From NCBI GenBank assembly GCA_045863335.1, contig BTVY01000004.1, positions 128,001 to 192,000 on the forward strand: 64,000 nucleotides of DNA, in the 5' to 3' direction. Of the stretch, positions 58,286 through 64,000 are shown piece after piece (positions within the stretch are counted from its first letter, which is position 1; every line of letters begins with the position of its first letter). The notes under the pieces were generated by a model. The model saw only the letters and a list, made by a program, of their open reading frames with translations. It did not search any database and was not told the origin of the DNA. The stretch comes from Candidatus Hydrogenedentota bacterium. Its GTDB lineage: Bacteria > Hydrogenedentota > Hydrogenedentia > Hydrogenedentales > SLHB01. The position numbers and the translations under genes are program-made.

Positions 58286-60136
58286 TTGTTTTATCTGAGT
58301 GCACAAACCGGAGCGACCAAGGGACGCTCATGGAGGCTTAGTGCGGAGACGGTCTTGGTGGGCCGCGGCAACGAGTGCCACATTGTTATCGACGATTCGC
58401 TCGTGTCGCGCCGGCACTGTGAAATTTATCGGGCGGACGACGGACTTCTCGTGCGCGACCTTGGCAGCAGCAATGCCACGCTGGTCAACGGACGGCCGGT
58501 ATCGGAAAGCCCGTTGCGGGAAGGCGACGAACTCGCCGTGGGGCGGACGGTACTGTTACTCACGCGGGATGGAGACGATGGCGCGATACCCGGTCAGACG
58601 GCGGCGCCGAACGAGTTCACGACCGTACAGTTGGCGGGCGACCAGTCGGCGGTGCTTGGGGATAAAACCGCCGCGTTAATCGCCATGGCGTATCCGAATT
58701 CGGTGGAAGAACTGGCCGCCCTGTACGATATCGGACGTAAATGCAGCCGGGTCTTAACCGTCCCCGACCTCATGAAGAGTGTCTTTGAGGAGTTGCGCAT
58801 TTACTTCAATCCATCTTCAGCGTGGATCGCGCGCTTGCGTCCTGGGACGCCCGAGCTGCGCTTCTATACACCGGCGAGTTGCGCCACGGGAGAAACGGTC
58901 AAACCGCCAATTGAAATTGAGCGCAAGACCCAGAAAGCCATGCTGAAGCCGGGCGGACTACTGGTGCCGATCTTCAACAAAGAGTTGGAAGAGCGGCGGC
59001 TCGGAACGCTCCTGGTAGCGCCGATGAGCCTGAGTGAACAGCGCATCGGGGCGTTGCTGGTCCGGTGCGAGGCGCCCGACGATCACTATGGAGAACGCGA
59101 GCTTCAGTTTCTCGTTTCCGTCGCAAATACGGTCGCTCCCTATTTTCGCGCAACCGAGCACGTCGAATTGTTGCGGCAGGACAACCAACGGTTGCGGGCG
59201 CTGACGCGAAGCGCCAAGACTTTGATGGGCAATAGCCGTGCGATCCGACAGGTGCGAAACCTGATCTCCAATGCCGCTCCTTCGGACCTGCCGATCCTGA
59301 TCCAGGGCGAGACGGGGACGGGGAAGGAATTGGCCGCGCTGATGATCCATGAAGAATCGCAGCGGGCCAACGGCCCCATGGTTACGGTGAACTGTGCCGC
59401 CATTCCTGCCCAACTGCTCGAGAGTGAGTTGTTCGGATACGAGAAGGGCGCCTTTACCGGGGCCATGGACAGCAAGGCTGGCCGGCTTGAGGAGGCGAAC
59501 GACGGGACGCTGTTCCTGGACGAGATTGGGGACCTGTCGTTGGAGAATCAGGCGAAGCTCCTTCGCGTCATTGAGACCGGGACCTTCACACGGCTGGGCA
59601 GCAACCGTGAAACGCGCGTCAGCATTCGTGTAGTTGCCGCAAGCAACAAGCGGCTGGATAGCCTCGCCAAGGAAGGGAAGTTCCGTTCGGACCTTTACCA
59701 TCGGCTCAATGGCCTGGAAGTCCAAATGCCGCCGCTGCGGGACCGCCCCTCGGATATTCCGATTCTAGTCGAACACTTTCTCAAGCTGAGTCTTGATCGG
59801 GCGAAGCGGCCGATCCTGGGTTTTACGGACGACGCGATCGAATACCTTCGTGCACGGCGTTGGCCCGGGAACGTGCGCGAGCTGCGTAATTTCGTGGAGC
59901 GGGCGGTGGCCCTGGCGCGGTCGGAACACATCGACATGGCGGTGCTGGAGGCCTGCGCGGCGTCCGGCGGGCGGGACGTGGACGAGCCGATGGCCAGCCT
60001 GGCGGAAGTCGAAAAGCACCATATCGCGAGCGTATTGGAGCAGTGTGGCGGCAACATCCGGGAGGCGGCCAAGGTTCTAGGGATTGGCCGCAGCACGCTA
60101 TATAACAAGATTTCGGAATACGGGATTACCATCTAG
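58286..60136 (+). CDS. FHA-GAF-sigma54 AAA+-HTH transcriptional activator
   Basis: FHA VGR...VSRRH...DLGSSNATLVNG; GETGTGKE, ESELFGYEKGAFTGA, WPGNVREL, LGIGRSTLY; TTG start with GGAGG. Confidence 0.9.
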   Translation: MFYLSAQTGATKGRSWRLSAETVLVGRGNECHIVIDDSLVSRRHCEIYRADDGLLVRDLGSSNATLVNGRPVSESPLREGDELAVGRTVLLLTRDGDDGAIPGQTAAPNEFTTVQLAGDQSAVLGDKTAALIAMAYPNSVEELAALYDIGRKCSRVLTVPDLMKSVFEELRIYFNPSSAWIARLRPGTPELRFYTPASCATGETVKPPIEIERKTQKAMLKPGGLLVPIFNKELEERRLGTLLVAPMSLSEQRIGALLVRCEAPDDHYGERELQFLVSVANTVAPYFRATEHVELLRQDNQRLRALTRSAKTLMGNSRAIRQVRNLISNAAPSDLPILIQGETGTGKELAALMIHEESQRANGPMVTVNCAAIPAQLLESELFGYEKGAFTGAMDSKAGRLEEANDGTLFLDEIGDLSLENQAKLLRVIETGTFTRLGSNRETRVSIRVVAASNKRLDSLAKEGKFRSDLYHRLNGLEVQMPPLRDRPSDIPILVEHFLKLSLDRAKRPILGFTDDAIEYLRARRWPGNVRELRNFVERAVALARSEHIDMAVLEACAASGGRDVDEPMASLAEVEKHHIASVLEQCGGNIREAAKVLGIGRSTLYNKISEYGITI

Positions 60137-60372
60137 GCCGTCGGCAAGCGATGTGAAATTCTCTGATTTCGATTATCTCCACAATTATCTTCAAGACAAT
60201 TCCGCAATTCCCGTGCTACACTGGCGCTTGCAGAAAGTACGCTAATTGAACGCGGAGGAGCACTAGCACAGATCGGATTGACGAGACCTCCGGAGATGAC
60301 CCCTGTGGAGTACGTGCCGAGGATTGGGGACTGGACGGCATGAATGGGTGATCAGAAGTGAGGTAGCTTGCC

Positions 60373-60867
60373 ATGTTTCAGCGTGATGACGAGGAGTACG
60401 TCCCCGAACTGCGTGAGGTTGTTGACGAGTTCGATCTCCTTCTCACCCATCTCGAATGCCACCCCCAGAAAAAGCCATTTCGGCTCTTTATAACGGATGA
60501 CGGGGGTTCCCGATTGTTCCAGATCGACTCCGAGCGCGGCGTGCTTGTTTCCACGTACCAAAGCGACGGGATTTGCCGGTATGCGGGTATGGACCGCAAC
60601 GATTACTTTCGGCTCTGCGCGCTCCTGGGGAAAATCCAGTGGACGGTTCTGCAACTGAATCCGCTGCTCGTGGAAGAGGATTTCAGCCACGTTTCGCCGT
60701 CGCCCTGTGTGTATGCGCCCCGGCCGTTCAAGCAGGACTTCGCCCTGACGCTGGAGAATCCGCAGTTGTGCCAAGGCTGCATTGATTTTTACCGGTGCCT
60801 CGGGGCGGAGACGGAGATTTTGGCTCTCCGAATGTTGTTGGACGAGTTTCGTTCCAACCATCATTAA
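60373..60867 (+). CDS. Hypothetical protein with C-terminal Cys/His cluster
   Basis: RBS GAGG; H....PC...LCQGC pattern. Confidence 0.55.
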   Translation: MFQRDDEEYVPELREVVDEFDLLLTHLECHPQKKPFRLFITDDGGSRLFQIDSERGVLVSTYQSDGICRYAGMDRNDYFRLCALLGKIQWTVLQLNPLLVEEDFSHVSPSPCVYAPRPFKQDFALTLENPQLCQGCIDFYRCLGAETEILALRMLLDEFRSNHH

Positions 60868-61003
60868 GATTCCTGGCTGAAACGGTTCCGGGATTGGCCG
60901 GTATATCCGTTTGACAGCCCCGGCCACCTCCATGCAGAGTAATGGGCGCTGGGGTTTTGTCTCTTCTTTCGCCACAATCGGTCATTCTCAATCGGGAAAG
61001 GGT

Positions 61004-61366
61004 ATGTCAATGGCTAATGAATTCGACGATCAAGCTCGGACGTGGGGGATGGTGAGTCATCTGAGCGCGCTGGCGATGTTCACGTGTATTCCGTTCGCCA
61101 ATATCATTGGGCCGCTCATCGTTTGGCTGACGAAAGGCAAGGAGTCGGCCTTCGTCAACGATCAGGGTAAGGAGGCCGTGAATTTCCAGATTACCATGAC
61201 GATCATTTCGCTCGTCATCTTCGTGCTGTCGTACGTGGTGCCGATTATCGGTATCTTGGGACTGCTCGTTTTTCTGGTCAATCTGGTGTTCATCATCATC
61301 GCCGGATTGCAGGCGAAACAGGGAATCGAGTATCGCTATCCTTTCAACATTCGACTTGTTAAGTAA
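61004..61366 (+). CDS. DUF4870 membrane protein
   Basis: WGMVSHLS, GPLIVW, FVNDQGKEAVNFQIT, YRYPF. Confidence 0.88.
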   Translation: MSMANEFDDQARTWGMVSHLSALAMFTCIPFANIIGPLIVWLTKGKESAFVNDQGKEAVNFQITMTIISLVIFVLSYVVPIIGILGLLVFLVNLVFIIIAGLQAKQGIEYRYPFNIRLVK

Positions 61367-61429
61367 GTCGCGGACCGGCTGTACCGGTATTGTGTGTTAT
61401 GATGCCTCCCATTCCAATTGGGAGGCATC

Positions 61430-62149
61430 ATGCTTTTGAAGGATAAGGTAGCGTTCATTACCGGCGGCGGCCGGGGGATTGGGCGGGGGGTCGCGCTGGC
61501 CTTCGCTCAGCAGGGTTGCGATGTGGCGGTGGCGGCGCGCACGGAAGAGGAAGTGCGGGAGACGGCAAAGCTTATCGACGCGGAAGGCTGCAAGGCGCTT
61601 GCAATCTGCTGCGATGTTGCCGATCCCCAGTCGGTCGACGCCGCCATCAAGGAAACCCTGGCCACATTCGGGCAGATCGATATCCTCGTGAACAACGCGG
61701 GGTACGCGTACTTCCGGCCGTTCCACGAATTGTCCGCCGAGGAGTGGAAGAGAACGCTGGACGTCAACCTCACGGGGCCGTTTCGGTGTATCCAGGCCGT
61801 GCTGCCGTCGATGATGGCGCGACGTTCGGGGCGCATCATCAACATTTCGAGTGTGGCGGGAGTGAAGCCGCTTCTACACCAGAGCGCGTATTGCGCGTCC
61901 AAACACGGTCTGAACGGATTGAGCAAAGTGCTGGCCATGGAATTGCGAGAGTATGGCATCGGCGTGCATTCCATCTGTCCCGGCGGCGTGGACACGCAAC
62001 TCGCGCGGGACGCCATGCCCGACCGCGATAAGAGCAACTGGATGACAGCTGAGGATGTCGCGCATGCGTGCCTGTATCTGGCAACGTTGAGCCCGCGCGC
62101 AACGACGGATGAGATCGTGGTGCGGCGGTTTGATAGTGTGCCGAGTTAG
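61430..62149 (+). CDS. Classical SDR oxidoreductase
   Basis: TGGGRGIG, NNAG, NISS, YCASK, PGGVDT. Confidence 0.92.
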   Translation: MLLKDKVAFITGGGRGIGRGVALAFAQQGCDVAVAARTEEEVRETAKLIDAEGCKALAICCDVADPQSVDAAIKETLATFGQIDILVNNAGYAYFRPFHELSAEEWKRTLDVNLTGPFRCIQAVLPSMMARRSGRIINISSVAGVKPLLHQSAYCASKHGLNGLSKVLAMELREYGIGVHSICPGGVDTQLARDAMPDRDKSNWMTAEDVAHACLYLATLSPRATTDEIVVRRFDSVPS

Positions 62150-62185
62150 GAATGATGAATTACGAATTACGAATTAAGAATTAAG
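62144..62185 (+). repeat. Six tandem heptamers AATTANG, same family as 43497
   Basis: AGTTAGG AATGATG AATTACG AATTACG AATTAAG AATTAAG overlapping the stop codon. Confidence 0.78.
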
Positions 62186-62216
62186 AATCTAAAGAGCTAT
62201 CAGGAGTTGAAAGGGC

Positions 62217-64000
62217 TTGAGCGAGGAATCCGGTTCTGGACGACAGACGACGATTGGCGAGTCGTCGGAGGCCGCCGCGCTGGATACGGTGGAAGGCACG
62301 GTGGAGCGGATCGTCTTTGAAGGAAAGGACAGCGGGTTTCTCGTGGGGCGGCTTCAGCGACGGCAGCCGCCGGGGTTGATGACGTTCGTGGGGACCGGGC
62401 TGGCCGTGTCGCCGGGGGAGACGGTGCGGCTGTGGGGGCGCTGGGTCGACGACGCCAAGTTTGGACGGCAGTTGCGGGTGGAACGGTATGAGACGGTGCT
62501 GCCCGCGACAGCGGACGCGATCGAGAAATACCTGGGTTCGGGATTGATCAACGGGATTGGACCTGCATACGCAAAGCGGCTGGTCAAGGCCTTCGGCGTG
62601 GAAACGCTGCGCGTTATCGACGAGGAACCAGCGCGGCTACGCAAGGTCGAGGGCATCGGCGCGAAGCGGGCGGCGCAAATCCGCGAGGCATGGCAAGAGC
62701 AAAAGGCGATCCAGTCGATCATGCTGTTCTTGCAAGGGCACGGCATCGCGGCGTCGCAGGCGGTGCGCATCTACAAGCACTACGGCGATAAGGCGGTGGC
62801 CGTGTTGCGGGATAACCCGTACCGGCTGGCCCAGGACATCCCCGGCATCTCATTCAAGATTGCGGATGACATCGCGTCGCAAATGGGGATTGAAACGGCG
62901 TCCCCGAAGCGGGCCGCCGCGGGCGTGCTTCATACGCTCCGGCGCGCCACGGGGGACGGACACACCTTCTTGCCGCAGGAACCGCTGATTTCGGGCGCGG
63001 CGGAATTGTTGGGCGTCGATTCAGGCATCGTCGAGACGGTATTGCAGGCCATGTGCGAGACCGATCAGGTCGTGCGCGAAGGAACCGACTACTTCCTCCC
63101 CACCTTGCACCAGGCGGAAACCAACTGCGCAAAACTCCTCAAGCGATTGCTGAGCGCGCCGAAGGAAGACTTTCCGATTCAGGTAGAGAAAGCCATCGCG
63201 TGGGTGGAGAAGACGAAGCGCATCGAACTGTCGGAAGAACAGCGGGCGGCGGTGCGGACCGCGGCGACGGCGAAGGCGATGGTGATCACGGGCGGACCGG
63301 GTACGGGAAAGACGACGCTGCTGAACGGGCTGCTGGCAATCTTTGTGCGCAAGGGAATGCAGGTATTGCTTGCCGCGCCGACGGGCCGCGCGGCGAAGCG
63401 CATGGAAAACGCGACGGGACGCGAAGCGAAAACCATCCATCGGCTCCTGGAGTGGAGTCCAAAATCGGGCGGGTTCACGCGGCACGAAGGGAATCCGCTG
63501 GACGCGGATCTCGTGGTCATCGACGAAAGTTCGATGATGGATATCGGACTCATGCACAGCCTCCTGCGCGCGCTGCCGCCGCAGGCGCGGCTGTTTCTGG
63601 TGGGCGATGTCGATCAGCTTCCGTCCGTGGGGCCGGGCAATGTGTTGATGGACATTATCGCGAGCCAGACGGTGCCGGTGGTGTGGTTGAAGACCGTGTT
63701 CCGGCAGGCGGCGGAAAGCGGGATCATTACTAACGCGCACCGGATCAATTCCGGCGAGTTTCCCCAGTTCAACGATCGGGACTTCTTCTTCGTGGACCGC
63801 AAAGAGCCCGAGAAAGCGCTCGCGACCGTGCGGGAACTGGTTACCAAGCGAATCCCGGACAAGTTTGGATTGGATCCGTTGCGGGATATCCAGGTGCTGG
63901 CGCCGATGCATCGGGGCGATGTGGGCGTGGCGCGGTTGAACGTTGCGTTGCGGGAATCGTTGAACGCCGGTACGCCGACGATTGGCCAACGGTCATTTGG
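62217..64000 (+). CDS. recD2: RecD2 (RecD/TraA family) helicase; runs off window end
   Basis: Translated by hand: GTVERIVF, KFGRQL, IEKYLGSGLINGIG, NPYRLA, GGPGTGKTT, AAPTGRAAKR, TIHRLLE, DESSMMD, VGDVDQLPSVGPG, FRQA. Confidence 0.93.
   Translation, partial: MSEESGSGRQTTIGESSEAAALDTVEGTVERIVFEGKDSGFLVGRLQRRQPPGLMTFVGTGLAVSPGETVRLWGRWVDDAKFGRQLRVERYETVLPATADAIEKYLGSGLINGIGPAYAKRLVKAFGVETLRVIDEEPARLRKVEGIGAKRAAQIREAWQEQKAIQSIMLFLQGHGIAASQAVRIYKHYGDKAVAVLRDNPYRLAQDIPGISFKIADDIASQMGIETASPKRAAAGVLHTLRRATGDGHTFLPQEPLISGAAELLGVDSGIVETVLQAMCETDQVVREGTDYFLPTLHQAETNCAKLLKRLLSAPKEDFPIQVEKAIAWVEKTKRIELSEEQRAAVRTAATAKAMVITGGPGTGKTTLLNGLLAIFVRKGMQVLLAAPTGRAAKRMENATGREAKTIHRLLEWSPKSGGFTRHEGNPLDADLVVIDESSMMDIGLMHSLLRALPPQARLFLVGDVDQLPSVGPGNVLMDIIASQTVPVVWLKTVFRQAAESGIITNAHRINSGEFPQFNDRDFFFVDRKEPEKALATVRELVTKRIPDKFGLDPLRDIQVLAPMHRGDVGVARLNVALRESLNAGTPTIGQRSF

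Noticed and set aside
43497-62185. Short repeat arrays as CRISPR
   Set aside because: Units are 7-10 bp with no spacers and there are no cas genes

Overview
A GC-rich bacterial chromosomal window. The gene content (Tat/Sec-exported glycan enzymes, Ser/Thr kinase, FHA-sigma54 regulator, DUF1573, C25 peptidase) suggests an anaerobic PVC- or Hydrogenedentota-like polysaccharide degrader, but this is inference only. The main feature is an ~12 kb self-contained [FeFe]-hydrogenase locus (3903-15739): stand-alone receiver, hydC-hydB-hydA, GAF histidine kinase, hydG, TM1266-like protein, aspartase-like lyase, hydF, hydE, rex. A near-perfect Rex operator lies just upstream. The HydB is short and carries non-bifurcating (NADH-only) signatures. 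Other notable items: a LOV-PP2C sensor, a PTS-less aldolase/SorE/SrlD sugar operon, a sigma-28 promoter driving a YjfB-like small gene, and a sigma-54 activator facing a sigma-54 promoter. A compositionally distinct cassette encodes a 14-Cys secreted protein, a LolA-like protein and a DUF1573 lipoprotein. There is also a lipoprotein gingipain with an inserted beta-domain, a REP-like inverted repeat family, and three families of short tandem repeats at gene 3' ends. I saw no rRNA, tRNA, CRISPR array or transposase. All family calls come from motif recognition by eye, without database searches.
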